This document shows positions 27,690 to 43,429 of a DNA stretch of 64,000 bases, piece after piece. Made by a program: the position numbers and the translations under genes. The notes beneath the pieces are model-generated. The model worked only from the letters and a program-made list of their open reading frames with translations, had not been told where the DNA came from and searched no databases. Within the stretch, counting starts at the first letter, position 1; each line of letters begins with the position of its first letter. The DNA comes from Octopus vulgaris (taxonomy: Eukaryota): NCBI GenBank assembly GCA_951406725.2, contig OX597825.1:84816001-84880000 (forward strand). Reading direction: 5' to 3'.

Positions 27690-28610
27690 TTTCAAATTTT
27701 GGTACGAGGCCAGCAATTGTGGGGGGTGGAGTGCAAGTTGATTACATTGACCCCAGTGCTCAACTGGTATTTATTTTATCGGACTCGAAAAGACAAGAGA
27801 GCAAAGTCGACCCGGACAGCATTTGAACACGGAAGAAGTGCTGCTAAGCATTTTTCTGGGGTTAAGGATTCTGCTAACTAGCCACCCTCTACGTACAAGG
27901 TATATTCTAATGTTTTTCATAGAATCCCTTGTCTTGTGCTTATTCTATGCATGAATGTTGTTGTAAAGAACGCTGGACAGATATATCAGTTGAGTGCCTT
28001 CGGGTATTTAGAAGAGACAAATATTGGGGATTCGAGAGAAAATATGAAACGTTCACGCCGAAATTTATGGCTTCTAATTGAGAATTGTTGCAGAGGCTTT
28101 TTGATGTGTCCTTCAAGATATCCCCCAAAAGTTGCCCTTGTGGAAAAAAAAAAGCTCATAACAATATTGACCCTATAATATATTTACTTTATAATCTTTT
28201 ACTTCTTCCAGTCAACTGACTACGTCCATGTTGGGGTACTATCTTGATGAATTTTAGTGAGAAGAATCGAATCCACGCTTTTTGAAAGCTTGGTAATTAT
28301 TCTTTCCTAACACTGCTTGGTAAGCGGTGGTGGGTGACAAACACAGACGCAAAAACATACACACGCATACATGCACACACACACACCCATACACACATGT
28401 ATATGCGAATGTATGTAAGTATGTATGTATGTATGTATGTATGTATGTATGTATGTATGCATGTTTGTATCCGGCGGGCTTCTTTCCGTTTCCATTTTCC
28501 AAATCCCTAAATCCATCAACAATGCTTTACACGTCCTGGGGCTATAGCAGAAAGTACTTGCCCAAGTTGCCTCGTAGTGAGGCTGAGCCAGGATCCTTGT
28601 GCTTAGAACG
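27690..28610 (-). mobile_element. Decayed SINE A (27690-27890) and SINE B (28195-28610) copies
   Basis: Degenerate matches to the family heads, cores and tails seen elsewhere in the window. Confidence 0.7.
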
Positions 28611-28929
28611 GTTTTAATATTTTTGACAATGTTTTGGGGGGAAATCGTTAAGGTGCTGCGGCAATCCTCATAGATGAGAAACTTCCTACTCTTCCACTTT
28701 TCAGATTATTGTTAAGGTCTCCGATCGAGGTTCTATAATTTTCGATACCCCCAGTAATGCTGTGCATGAAAATAATGGTAACATTAATGACGTCATACCG
28801 TAAATGATTAAATCGTGAGTGATGTCATGTAATAAGTTACCCTCAATTTTGTGATGACGTTCCCGAAGTATTTCGTAGGACATTACAACTTTGCTCATTT
28901 CACTGCCTTAACTTCTATTAATTATCCGT

Positions 28930-29200
28930 CCTGATTTCGCAATATTGGCCTGTATTTCCCAGTGGATGTATGCAGCCATCAGTATATGTCTTCATAGACA
29001 TTCTCCATTTGGTCAATTTTAACAGCCTGCCATTGCATGATCGATAGTTCGTCGCTATTAATTGTATATTCTATACTTCTCATCTAGTAACTTATAGTCT
29101 TATTCATCTCTAAAACAGCCACCTGTTATTCCTTTCATGTCAGAGCTGCTAATCCACTTCGGGGTTTTATAACACTTTGATCTAATTTTACTGATTATGT
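28930..29200 (-). mobile_element. R4/Dong-clade remnant (zinc-knuckle region)
   Basis: Minus strand KWISSSDMKGITG, DEKYRIYN..TIDHAMAGC, RHILMAAYIHWEI. Confidence 0.6.
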
Positions 29201-31029
29201 TACATAAAAGAACATACAACATCGCATTTCTATAGTATTACCACCAAGAACGTTCTCACGGTTCTTTTTCTGTTAACTTGCAACGTGAGCTGTCATTGTC
29301 ATTCGTGGGTCCAGATGCCAGAATATATTAGCGAAAAAGTCAATTTCATTTGAGAAAGATTAGCAAACAAATCTCTCCATAAATGCACAATTCACGAGAA
29401 AATTTAGACATTCTTTCAAACTGTATTACGAGATGGTTTTATAGGAGAGGAACCTCTCGATGGAAGACGGTGTCGCAGTTTGCCTTTAATTTCTTTTGTA
29501 CTTTCTTCCTCGTGTCCCCATATACGAAACAAGATACGCAAGAACCTTCGCACATATATGATACCATGTTTCCGAAGGGACATTCACACGCTAATGAGGT
29601 GATGCACGGAGGTGACTGTATAGTTAAATTATCATATAATTAGCATATACATTTAGTGAAGGCTTTTACGCAATATCTCCATGGAGAACTGTACTGAGGA
29701 CTGAATATATTGCAAAGTTCTGTTCAAATCCAAGAATTTATTTGTGATAGAAGTCGTTGCCGGTTCGGCATGGTATATGGTTGTAGTAACAAAATACTAA
29801 ATTCTTTGCAGTTTGTCTTCACTTCCCAGAAATAGAGACCTACAAAAGAAGCCGTCACCAGAGCACGTGCTCTTAGTTTGGAATTACGAATTATGTCTTT
29901 ATAAGAGAAAAGGAGCGACCAAAAGTTGCACGTAAGGGAATGAAAGCAAAGAAATGACGAAAAATGGCGTAGGAGTCTAACTAAATTAGTTGAGGTTATT
30001 TGATTTATTTACATTCACTGTGGTACGATTGTATTTTACTATTTTGAAAAAGGCCAAGAAGGATATTGTGTAATTGTAAGGAAAATTCAATTGAATAAAA
30101 ACATTCTAACTCACGGTTTTGCGTACGTGAGATTCGATTGAATACGTATTTAGCACGTGATTTCAAGAATCTATGTATGTATGCATGTATTTATGTATGT
30201 ATATATATATATGTATGTTTGAATGCATTCATCTATGTATATACATATATATGAAGACATATTTATATACATATATATATTTGCATTGACACATACATAT
30301 GTACAGGTAATTTTATTTTATTTTAAAAAGACGGATGTATATATATATACATACATACTTATATATAAATATTAACGTATTTACATATATATATACGTAT
30401 ATATATATATGTATATATATGCGTGTGTGTGTAATTATATACATATGTATGTTTGTATGTATATATATATACACATATATATATCGACATCATTGCTCAG
30501 ATAGTAGACTCACGTAAAGAGGTTTATGTCGTTGTCTAAGTCACATATATATTTACGTACGTCTATAGAAATGCATCTGCCAGCGAAGTTTAATATTTTC
30601 TTGATTAAGAAGTAGTTTGAATAAAGACATTAATATTTGTTACGTGTCAACACATTTGACACATTCAATGGTTTTTTTCACTCTCCATTTATATAACATA
30701 AACTGAACCATCTTAAATGTGTGGGAGAGAACAAATACTAAAAGAAAAAATTTCAAGAAACTCAATAAAAATCGTGCAAAGAATCTGGATTGTTTAGTTT
30801 GTTTTTTGGTTTATATAAGGCGAGCAGGAATTTATTTATGTCTTTGGTTATAAAATTGCAAAAGTTAATGTCAGCGAATCAAATATCGGTGCTGTCCTAT
30901 ATTCCTTTTCAGCAGCGGATAAACAATATCTTTTGGATAAATAAAAATATTGATACTAATAACAACAGTACTACAATTATTATTGTTATTAATATTATTA
31001 TTGATATTTGATTAAAACTTTAAGCTTAT

Positions 31030-31260
31030 TTTGGTGAGTATGAAGCAAAGTGTCCGCTGTCCACAACCAGCAGACTAAGGTGGCACCTGATTAGTGATTA
31101 AGCTTCAAGAATCCTGCGAAGACTTCTTGCAGTTCCCAGCAATGTAGATGTTCTATTTTTACATTTGTAGCAATCGCTTTGAGTCATGTTAGAAGATGAG
31201 TGGTGATTCTTTCCAGCCTGTCAGTTACTACAGGTATCACGTCCACTCTCAACCTACTTG
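31030..31260 (-). mobile_element. R4/Dong-clade 3' end
   Basis: VDVIPVV..ITTHLLT*LKAI..TLLGTARSLRRILEA*, then a short 3' UTR ending near a decayed (TAA)n. Confidence 0.8.
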
Positions 31261-33429
31261 GTAGTAGTACAGGAAGCTAGCACAAAAAGAGTATAAACAC
31301 CAGTCTAAACACCACCGCAAACACACGGACACACACATACATACATGGATACATACATGCATATGCAAAAGTGCATACGTACATAAATATATATACATAT
31401 TCGCTTGTTTTTTATTCTTTAATTTGTTTCAGTAATGTGACTGCGGTCATCCTGGAGAACCTCCTTTAGCGGAAGAAATCGACTTCAGGACTAATTCTTT
31501 ATAGACCTAGTATTCATTCTATTGGGTCTTTTGCCGAACCGCTAAGTTGACGCAACGTGAAAACAATTCCATCGGTTGCCACGTGATGTGGGTGACAGAA
31601 TCACACACACTTACACACACACACACACGCTCACATGATTCTTTCAGTAAAATTTATATGACAACAGAATGTGACAGTCCTATAAGTGATGATACTACTG
31701 TTGTTGTAGCCTCAGGAAAACAGCGTTTCAATATATAGCAAGGGAGGTCATTGCTTCCATCTCTAGCGTTACGTGATACTCACAGACCTAGTTTTCTGGA
31801 TGTTATCCGTCCTCAGTGTGAGACAACCACAAGCTGCTGACGAAAGTTCTTTCCATTTGCAGATGTTATATATTCCTTAAGCGACACAGCCGTTGATCAT
31901 GTATTGAGAAGAACAATATATATATACAGGTGGCGCTATTATGTTAGAAACAGTCTGGGTTAATCTTTGTCTTGAACATATCTAAGTTTTCTAAGTTATG
32001 TGTGTACGCACCTGTATGTGTATGTACACACATCCGTGTGTGTATGTTTATATGTGTATATACATATAACTGTGTGTGTGTGTTTACATTTACTTTTATC
32101 TTAATCAAAGAGAAAATCCGACGGCTACCTGCAAGTGTTTCTGGGAATTGTGAGGCATTATTTGTAAGTTTAGAGGGCCCTTTAGGGGGTCCGTTTTAGT
32201 TGTAACTTTCTGGTTTTGCGATGTTTGCCTATTTGTATTTGTGTGAATATGTGAGTGTGAATATGAAGCCGTTGAATTTTCTCTTTGAAGAAGATAAAAG
32301 TAAATGTAAACTTTTTCCAAATTTTTATGTTTTAGCAGCAAATAATTGTTACTGCTTAATGAGTTTTATGCGTTGATTAGAGTAAGACTTTTGTAGAAAG
32401 AAATAGAATCTAATTGCGGAAATGAAGGGCCGTTTGTCTTTCCTTCTTTATTAGGTTTCATATTACTTTTTTTCAGCACGAAGCCCATAATTGTATGAAA
32501 GCACCTCCTTCTATGTCATATTCTACAGAAAAAACGAATTTGCAGTAGAAAGGTGTTGAGAAAGAGATAAAGTTCGAGACGTCATACCGTGCAAGAAAAT
32601 TGTAACCTGAAGTCTTCATTTTCACAATGATATCTCTTAACGACTGACCTTTTTTCAGGTATGAAGTAGAAGGCTACGACTTGAACTCGTATTTTCCACG
32701 AGGAAAAAATATCTATTGAAATGAGAAGGTTCTTTGCCTCACTGTTTTTTTTTCTGGCTTCATTTAAAGATATACACCGCGCTTCACCTCAATGTAAACA
32801 GCTATTTTTCATTGAGTAAGCGATTTTTACAGAAAATACATCTACAATAGAAAAGAAATATAAGGCGTTCTTTTACATACTCTAAATAGTTGCCAGGGGG
32901 GTAACTGAATATTACAATTAGTGAATTTAAGTTTATTTTACATTAAAGTAATTAACTCCCAGGCAAATTTTCTATTACCACGATAAGCCCATGGCTAATA
33001 TATGCTACACAAAAGTTAAAAATACTTCAATATTTAAAAGTTGGAAACTATTCTACATTTATTTTCTCATCATTTTTATTTCTTTTCTCTGTGAAATAAA
33101 AATTTTAAATTAAACAATTCAAATAAAAGACTTCTTCATAATATTCGTGATGTTTAATACATTTTAAAATGTGTTTTATTTTGTAAAATATTACACTTTC
33201 TCATATGTTCAGCTTCTATCGAGTTTTTCGTTCATTCTATAATGTCACTAGAGCAATCACATATATATATACATTCATACGATGATATAAATATCTCTAT
33301 CCCTCGCTATCATTCTGTATACTTTCCTCTCTCTATCTCTCACTTTTTCTCTCTCTATCACACCCTACTTATATATCTATATATCTACCTATTTACTTTC
33401 CTCTCTCTCACACACTATCTTGCTAACAG

Positions 33430-33840
<411 letters not shown>

Positions 33841-34099
33841 CCCTAGCGATCTGCCTGTATCAATTTACAACTATGCATTTGCATAAGAATGAAGGAGTCT
33901 ATCCATAGATCTATACGACTATAGTTGTACATAGACCTATCTACGCATACAAACTCTCACACACAGATATATCCAATGCCTGAAAAGAGGCGATTGGAGA
34001 AGACGTTTGTGTAGTACACTTCATTACGTCATTAACAAATATATCATAGAATTTTTGAAGCAATTGTAAACTACCAAACATGGACTATATTATTCATGC

Positions 34100-34285
34100 C
34101 TACATACATACACACACATGCACACATACATACATACACACACAAACATACATGCATACATACATACATACATACATACATACATACATACATACATACA
34201 TACATACATACATACATACATACATACATACATACATACATACATACATACATACATACATACATACATACATACATGCATACAT
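34100..34285. repeat. (ACAT)n microsatellite
   Basis: Direct reading. Confidence 0.98.
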
Positions 34286-34694
34286 ATAATATAAGAGGCA
34301 TAGGTTGCAAGTGTCGGTACCTCTGACATTCCCCCTACATTTGGCCATGTTTTACCAATATCATAAATAAGGGGTGGAAACGACAGCAAATGAATCAATC
34401 ATACAATTAATGCTGCCACAAATTTGTAGCTTTGTGACAATGCAATTAATCATTAGGGTTCATTTGAATAATGACTGATGCTTAAGTACGGAAATTTAAC
34501 AGAGAATCGGTTGTGTACGAGGTGAAATATTTCGTATATATTACTGTCCCTCTTCCATTTTAAATTCTATGATCAAATTCAGAGCATGATCATTGGACAC
34601 TCCTTGATCACGTGTCAATTTATCGACGCTCAGGTCAATTGATATTGGCCATCGATTTCTGATTTTGAAATAATGTAATATACTGTATATAATA

Positions 34695-34906
34695 TCATTT
34701 CTACCATAAGCACAAGGCCTGAAATTTGTCGGAGATGGTAAGAAGATTACATCGACCCCAGTGCGTAACTGGTACTTATTTAATCGACCCCCCTAAACGA
34801 TGAAAGACAAAATCGAACTCGGCTGAATTTGAACTCAAAACGTATACATACATACATATTTTATATATACAAACATACATATATACATATATACATATAT
34901 ACATAT

Positions 34907-34978
<72 letters not shown>

Positions 34979-35290
34979 GTGTGTGTGTATATATAAAATA
35001 TAGATTTACATACATATATATAAACGTCACTGCGTGACATCTTGGGCCAATGTTTTCTGATATAGCCTAGAGCCGACCAAATCCTTGTGAACGGATTTGG
35101 TAGACGAAAGGTGAGAGAAGTCTGTTCGATATATATATTCATGTGTGTGTGTGTATTTGTATGGCTGTTCTTGTCCTCCACCATCGCATGACCACCGATG
35201 TTAGTGTGTTATAAAACGGTTCGGCAAAGGAGACTGATAGAATAAGAGCTGAGGCCGATTTATTCAACTAAAGGCGGTACTTCAGCATGG
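34695..35290. mobile_element. 5'-truncated SINE A (-, 34695-34845) and SINE B (+, 35028-35290) around a (TA)n tract
   Basis: Family motifs as above. Confidence 0.8.
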
Positions 35291-36174
35291 TAAAAATAGG
35301 TAAAAATTCACTGCATTGGTTTCGCAAGACGTCATGAAAAAGAATGGGGAGTTATACATCTTCAAATCTTTTCCACTGTATTAATGACAATAATACTGTT
35401 ATAAAGACATTTTGGAGTTCTATAATTCTCTATTATTCTTTATGCATTGTATATGTATGTGTGTATTCATACATACAAACATACATACATATGTCGCATG
35501 CAATTTTAAATGAAAGTTCTTCAATTTCTGACACTCAACAAGTTGTTAGCTGACGTTTTTGAACGTCGGTCCGTCGAGTTTCTTAGTTGCCGTCCTCTCC
35601 TATTTGCTTTCAAATTCCTTCAAGTTCGACATTTGCGCGTCATATTTCTCGTTCGACAAAACTATATTTTGAAATGTATTGGAGTCGATATTATCGAACG
35701 TACTTCTCCCTAAAATTTCTATTTTTGTCTCTCCACCACAAACAATATCACTCGGAGAAGTGATACAATTGCTAAAAAGTTTAGAACAAAAATCTGTCAT
35801 TATTTTATATTCGTATTTATTGTTTTGCTTTTACTAACTTTTGAATGAAGATCAATTAGGCGCCAGACTGTTGTTCAAAACTTAACGTCTCTAACACTAA
35901 TTAATTCATCTGTAATTAAATAAGATATGAATCACCAATAAACAGTCATTAATTCTGAAATTTCAGCAAAATTAAAAAGTTCAGCCAACAAATCAACCGT
36001 TTTTATAAAGTCTCGTTGCAGTTTTTGTTTCCACAAAGTTAAACCTGCACGCGTATTTTAAAATAGCTCAGCTCATATCTAAAACATAAAAACAAACACG
36101 ACCAAATGCCATGTAAGTACAAATGGTATTTTTAAGTCATGCTTTCTCGTATCATTATTTTATGACTCGGTAAA

Positions 36175-36340
36175 GGCGGCGAGCTGGCGGAATCGATTGC
36201 ACGCCAGACGAAATACTGCGCGATATTCCGATTGTCTTTGCGTTGTGAGTTCAAAATTCGCCGAGGACGACATTGCGTTCTGAGGTTGATGAAATGAATA
36301 CTAGATGGGAACTACAACACATGTAATTGACTACCCGCAC
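36175..36340 (+). mobile_element. Decayed SINE A
   Basis: GGCGGCGAGCTGGCGGAATCG head, GAGTTCAAAA. Confidence 0.75.
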
Positions 36341-36736
36341 TCCACCAGAGAAGAAAAGGTTCTTTGATATCCAGGGCAGATGATATTCTATCTGTGTGTG
36401 TGTGTGTGGAGACGTGGCTGTTTGTTTAAGAAATTTGCTTCAGAATCTTGTGGTCTTGAGTTCAATACAACTGCTCGGCAGCTTGAGCAGATGCCTTATT
36501 CTTGATGGAAAATAGCCAAAGAGAAGTTGCTTCGGAATCATGATACTACCCATACGTGAGAGATGACATGCTCATCTAAGCAGCACATATACACTACCTT
36601 CAGGTCGTAAGTCAAATATCCTCGCCCATAAGCCAACCGCCTTCCCTTCACAAAGAACAAGACCATATAATTGAAATGGAAGCCTGAGTATACATGAAAC
36701 AAATATATATAAATATTGGAAGATGGCATACACACA

Positions 36737-36783
<47 letters not shown>

Positions 36784-36896
36784 ATATATATATGTGTGTA
36801 TATACTCACACATGCACATACATAAATAAATAGATGTATACATAAATATATATGTGTATATATATATATATGCATACATAAATACACACACACACG

Positions 36897-36930
<34 letters not shown>

Positions 36931-37359
36931 GATATATAGATACGTAGATATATAGATTCATGATGATGATGACAGCTTTGACGACGACGGTCAAAACGTT
37001 GATGATCACTATAAAGATGATGATGATGGTGATGAAGGAAAAGGATGGTGATGATGCTGATGATGATGATGATCACGTTGAAGATGACGACGACATCCAT
37101 TATAATGATGTTGATGATGAATATGACGAGCGGGAGGAATAGTGTGAGTAGAAACAAACTACTGCGGAGATAGTGTTGATGATGCACATTGTGATGATAA
37201 TGATGATGCTGTTGGGGAGGAGGAGGGGAATCGGTGGAGTGCAAAGATGATTTGTTTGTTAAAGTTGTTCACATGGCTGGTGGGGCTTTTCTGGTTAATT
37301 AGAACTGTCAGTTCAAAACCATTGTCAGATGGGAAAGAAGATCAAATCAGATAACAAAA

Positions 37360-37890
<531 letters not shown>

Positions 37891-37899
37891 AGTTTGCCT

Positions 37900-38430
37900 A
37901 ATGAATTCAAGCTAAACGTGCAATAGAGTTAATTACAACAAATAAATCAAATAGATATAATTAGTTAAAACTAAATACTTTACATCACGACGATATGTTA
38001 ACATTGTTTTGTTGAAAAAGTAGAGCTGCAGGTGTGGAAAGAAAGAAATTAAAATTGGAAAGTTTAAAACCAAACCTGTTTGGAAACAAAATGTATCGAC
38101 GGGTGATTTAATCGGCTTAGCAGGGATAGAGATACAATGTGGGAGACCCTTGAATAAGGGCAATAATCTGAAAGGGGTAGAGAAGAAATATTTATTCAAC
38201 AGGTGAAAGAATAAACCTGGAGAATGCAGAGATTTGAAGAATAAGAAAATAAACAAAATGAAGATATTCGAACTGAATTAAGATGTTTTCAAGAATGTAA
38301 GAGAAACATTTTTAGAAGAATTTCAATGATACAACTTTACGCGTCGAGAGAATCCCCAGGGTTAAGTAAATGTTGTAACATTTTGAAGTGAAATATAACA
38401 AGTGGAAGAAACCGATGAAGAATATCTTGG
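37900..38430 (+). mobile_element. Probable R4/Dong-clade pre-RT region remnant
   Basis: KPVWKQ..DLIGL..EKKY..RFEE*ENKQN..TELRCF resembles the PxWKxR..KY..RY..KQN..FY region of this clade; abuts (AAT)n. Confidence 0.45.
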
Positions 38431-38435
38431 GAACT

Positions 38436-38730
38436 GGCTCTCCGTCGCTTACGAGAACGCGTATTCCAGTTATGCTAATCAATGGAACATCCTGCTCGTG
38501 AAATTAACATGCATGTGACTGAGCACTCCACAGACACGAGTACCCTTAACATAGATCTCAGGAAGATTCAGCGTGACACAGAGTTTGACAAAATCACTCC
38601 TTCGAAATAAAGGTACAGCTCATTTTTGCCAGCTCAGTCAACAGGGCAATGCGAAATAAAGTATCTTAGCCAAGGATACAAGGCGCCGCCGAGAATCGAA
38701 CTCACGACTTTACGATCGTAAGCCAAATAT
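38436..38730 (-). mobile_element. tRNA-derived SINE family C
   Basis: Minus strand GAGTTCGATTC B box, body GTGTCTGTGGAGTGCTCAG..GTTAATTTCACGAGCAGG; related copies at 44515 and 58458. Confidence 0.85.
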
Positions 38731-39831
38731 CGTAAGTAAATAGGTGTAGGAGTGGCTGTGTGGTAAGTAGCTTGCTTACCTCACTGCGCATGTGCGAGTC
38801 AGAGTTGTGTTTGACACTGAAGCTGTAAAGACGTCGTCCACTTCTCCTTTCATACTTTCGGGGTCGATAAATTAAGTACCAATTGCGTACTGGCGTTGAT
38901 CTAATCGTCTGGCCCCCTCCCACAAAATTTCGGGCCTTGTGCCTAGAGTAGAAAAGAATATACAAATTAGTCTTTCTCATTTACCTGAGTCATTAATATC
39001 AATCCGTTTGATAGGAGAATTTTTGTGGATAGAGAAGCAAGGTGCGCAGCTGCTTACGAAACCCCAAGAAAAATGTTTCCGTATATGAAAGTATTGTATA
39101 TAAAAACAAAGTTTACACTGGTCGTACCATGTAGTGTTAGCTAAAAAATTCTAGAGAATAGTTCTACGGCACGTTGTGGTAACGAAAGGAGACACAGTTA
39201 GCAGAATTAAAAATTTAATTTCCAATACGAAATATAACGTACGAAAAATAATGTCGCCAACAAACAAGGCTAAAATAATCGAAATATCGTAGAGCAGAAC
39301 AAGGAAACATTAACACATTAGTGAATTAGAGGGCAATACCCAGGAGACGGGGAATTAGCTGCATGATCAACACTTGCGCACCAAAAACCGAAAGACGTAG
39401 TGCAGCATAACACCTTAGGAACACAGCGGTGCACCAGGTGGCGCAATAAAGAAAATAAAACACGAAAGAGACTTCCGAGGAGACTCGCAATAAAGCTAAA
39501 TAGAATTAAACAAATCTAAATTAATCTTCATAATAACAGTAATTATATTAATAATAGCGGTGAATAATAATTAAGAATAATTAATACTGCGACTACCGTT
39601 ATCCTTGCTAATTTATATTGTAACAAGTTTAATAACAGAGTAAAACTTGCATGTAACTGCTGCAAAGTCACGCCACACAACTTTGATAATGTCAAAACAA
39701 TGTATTTTTGATGGTAATACTAGTAATTAGTAAAATTAATAATAATAAGACAAAGAAAGAGAAAATATTTTTTCAAGAATTACTATTACAAGTAATATGT
39801 TACCAATAGTTGTTGTTGTCGTTATTATTAA

Positions 39832-39892
<61 letters not shown>

Positions 39893-39904
39893 GTTATTGT
39901 TATT

Positions 39905-39935
<31 letters not shown>

Positions 39936-39964
39936 CTGCTGCTGTTGCTGTTGTTATTATTAAC

Positions 39965-40168
39965 CCGGCGTGCTAGCAGAATCGTTAGCGCGATGGACGA
40001 AATATCGCCCGTAGCTACGTTCTGAGTGCAAATTCCACCTAGGTCGACTCTTTGCCCTTCACCCTTTGGAAGTCGATAAGTTAAGTACCAGCGAAACACT
40101 GGGGTCAATATAATCAACTAGATCCCTCCCCTCAAATTCCAGGACTCATGCCTGTAGTAGAAAGGATT
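39965..40168 (+). mobile_element. SINE A between two (TTA)n tracts
   Basis: Head, core and short tail; microsatellites at 39810-39960 and 40165-40325. Confidence 0.85.
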
Positions 40169-40234
40169 ATTATTATTATTATTATTATCATTATTATTTT
40201 TATTATTATTATCATCATATCATCATCATCATCA

Positions 40235-40325
<91 letters not shown>

Positions 40326-40696
40326 GAAACTCCAAAGAGGCTAATTTACAATTTATTTCTCTCAAACACCGAGTTTTAAAAAAATTGCATGAAATTTACC
40401 AGTAATGAACGGTTATCTAGGTAACTGCTTATAGTGTACTCCAGCTGAGGCGTTCATTGTAGCCAGCCTTTCTTCAATTCAATCGGTACTAATTCAATGT
40501 TTCTGAAGCAATTTCACAATGCTCTCTTCGTGACTGGAATTCTTCAGATAATTCGCTTGCTAAGTACATAGAAGACGACACCAATATGGTACTGATTTTT
40601 AGTTACCATATATGGCCGTACCTTTTACACATAAGTTCAATTTACTTTGATAAGTTAATAAAATATTTTAAGAAATCTTTGTAAAATGTATTAATA

Positions 40697-40761
<65 letters not shown>

Positions 40762-40778
40762 ATCTACCTATCTATCCA

Positions 40779-40863
<85 letters not shown>

Positions 40864-41187
40864 ATTTATGCGTGTATTATTCAGTGTGTATTTTTGTGTT
40901 TCCATGCTTCAGATATAGATAAAAGTACGTCGTAGGAATCCTCAAATATTTGCAAGTTAGATCTAACTACATAACAAGTTCTTGAAAATATTGATAACCT
41001 ACATATTTACGAAAATGTCGAGCCTCCTGAGACGCTGTAGCTACATATGATATTTGCATGTCAAAATAAAAGATGTCGTCTTCAAATAACGCCTGTCTGA
41101 CGTCATTAATTTTAATCGTCTCAATATATATTACTTTGATTGAGGAGATAAAGTGACTATATATATATGTGTGTATGTGTGTGTGTG

Positions 41188-41218
<31 letters not shown>

Positions 41219-41769
41219 TGATGTAGGCACAAATTGGTTATTTTTGATATTTAAAACCAAACCAAATCTGAGAGAAATATGCTGATAGGCAATTAGCAAA
41301 AAGGCACGTCTAAAATTAATTTGGGGCGATCAAGCATCGACTACGCATACACAAATACCGTGTTGTGAATCACACAAATTTTCACTGTTAAATTCCCTGA
41401 ATAATTACAAGTATTAACACTTAAATATCCCTCTCCATCTCTCTCACTCTTCACACCCACGCACACCACACTCACTTACACACACACACATATATATATA
41501 CATACTATATAGATACATACACACACATGCACACACAGTCGCACACACACGCACACACATATATTTATATACATACATAGACACGCAGGCACGTACACTC
41601 ACTTACACACATATACACACATACATGTCAATATATGTTTATGCGTATGTGGATGTATATATATTCTTACTATACACATATGTATATATTGGTGTATAAA
41701 TGTGTATGTGTGTGTGTACAATGCATACATAGATGTACACCCCTGCAACTAAGAGTCTTAATAAATTGA

Positions 41770-42000
41770 AGGAAATAACCAGATTTGCAATAATTTGGTT
41801 CCAACGGCCATGAATAAAGGCAGTCTTTTAAATCGAGTTTTCTCTTACATATGAAAAGGATGTGATTTTCGTTCGAAGCTCTTGCATAGCTACGCAGTTA
41901 AGAAGTTGGAAATGGAATAACATGATTCCGGGTGTGACCACCCTGCATGGTAAAGCGGACTGTGGTGGCAGGAGTGGTGGACAGATTGGGAAAATTGATA
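41770..42000 (-). pseudogene. Possible mariner/Tc1 transposase C-terminal remnant
   Basis: LPPQS, ELRTKITSF and GRWNQIIAN fragments. Confidence 0.3.
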
Positions 42001-42710
42001 AGGGTGAGGCCAAGCAAATTGCACATACAGAATGAAATGAAGGGTATTTTCAATGTTACAGTGCCATAGTGAACGGTGTTCAAAATATTTCGTTTACTCA
42101 TTAATGAAGATGACGAGGGTGATGAGGATGGTTGGTGGGGTCCACTTTTTGTTGGCGCGTCCGGGATATTCCCTGCAGAGAAAAAAGTCGTCGTCAAACA
42201 ATTGGCCGTATAAACAATTGATAGAGCGTATTATATCAGAAATTTTTAGCATTGCCAAATAGGAATCATTAAAGATCTTATTGAATAGGCAAGTCTTGAT
42301 TCACTGTCAAACATTAAAAAGAAAATGTGACGGGGTTATCAAAAGCGAAATTTCTTGAGGCAAAATTCCCTACGGCGAAAATTTTCACTTCAGAATTTAT
42401 TATGACTTTTTGTTGGGGTGAGAGAAATGGTATTTATGGTTTCATTAAATTTTAACGCGTGTATAATCGATTTAATATTGAGTGATACTTTAATAGTTAA
42501 GAAGCAGACGGTGAGTTCTTAGACAAAATCATTAACCGCATTCCTTCCGTTTTTACATTCTGAGTTCAAATACCTGCTATGGTTGACTTTGCCTTTCATC
42601 CTTATGGGTTCGATAGTATAGAGTACCGATCAACTATTGGGGTTGATGCGATCGATTTTTCTCTCACAGCTGATGGCTTTCTACCAAAATGAGAAAGAAT
42701 TCTTACAGAA

Positions 42711-42860
42711 CTAGCAGAGATACCTGGCGTTGCTCAGGATTAAAATGGCATAGTCTGTATATATATATATATATTTACACATTGTGCGACCCATTTGATA
42801 ACAGAGTTGAGAGGAAATGAGCATTTAATGGCTGATTGTAGTCAATTGCGTATCTTTAAT
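42711..42860 (-). mobile_element. Helitron-type 3' terminus
   Basis: Minus-strand hairpin CCTGAGCAACGCCAGG (42723-38), 8-nt spacer, CTAG followed by T; far boundary unknown. Confidence 0.45.
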
Positions 42861-42939
42861 ACTACTACCGTCTCTGCAGAGCTTTCATGATGGTGCTACA
42901 ATAATCACTACGCGAGTTATTTGTACGAAAACATACGCA

Positions 42940-42999
<60 letters not shown>

Positions 43000-43332
43000 G
43001 ACACATATATACGCACGCAAACACACTATGTATATTGCTTTATTACTGTATCCAGTGACTCGACTTGCCGGTTGCAGTAACGACGTATGATAGGTCAAGT
43101 GATAGGTGGGTTATCCAATGTAATTGAACTTCAACGGCTAAAATGTAAAATGTATTTGTCTAATGTCCAACCATTATCTAATTCTTGAATTATGCATTAA
43201 ATTTCAAGATTTAAATTAGAATTTTTATGACGAAATTTTATCGCAAAATTTCAAACAGTTTCCATTTCATGTCTAACAATAAATATTCAGTCTTAATCTG
43301 GCTAGCAATTGCCTACTAAATGGACACACACA

Positions 43333-43428
<96 letters not shown>

Positions 43429-43429
43429 A

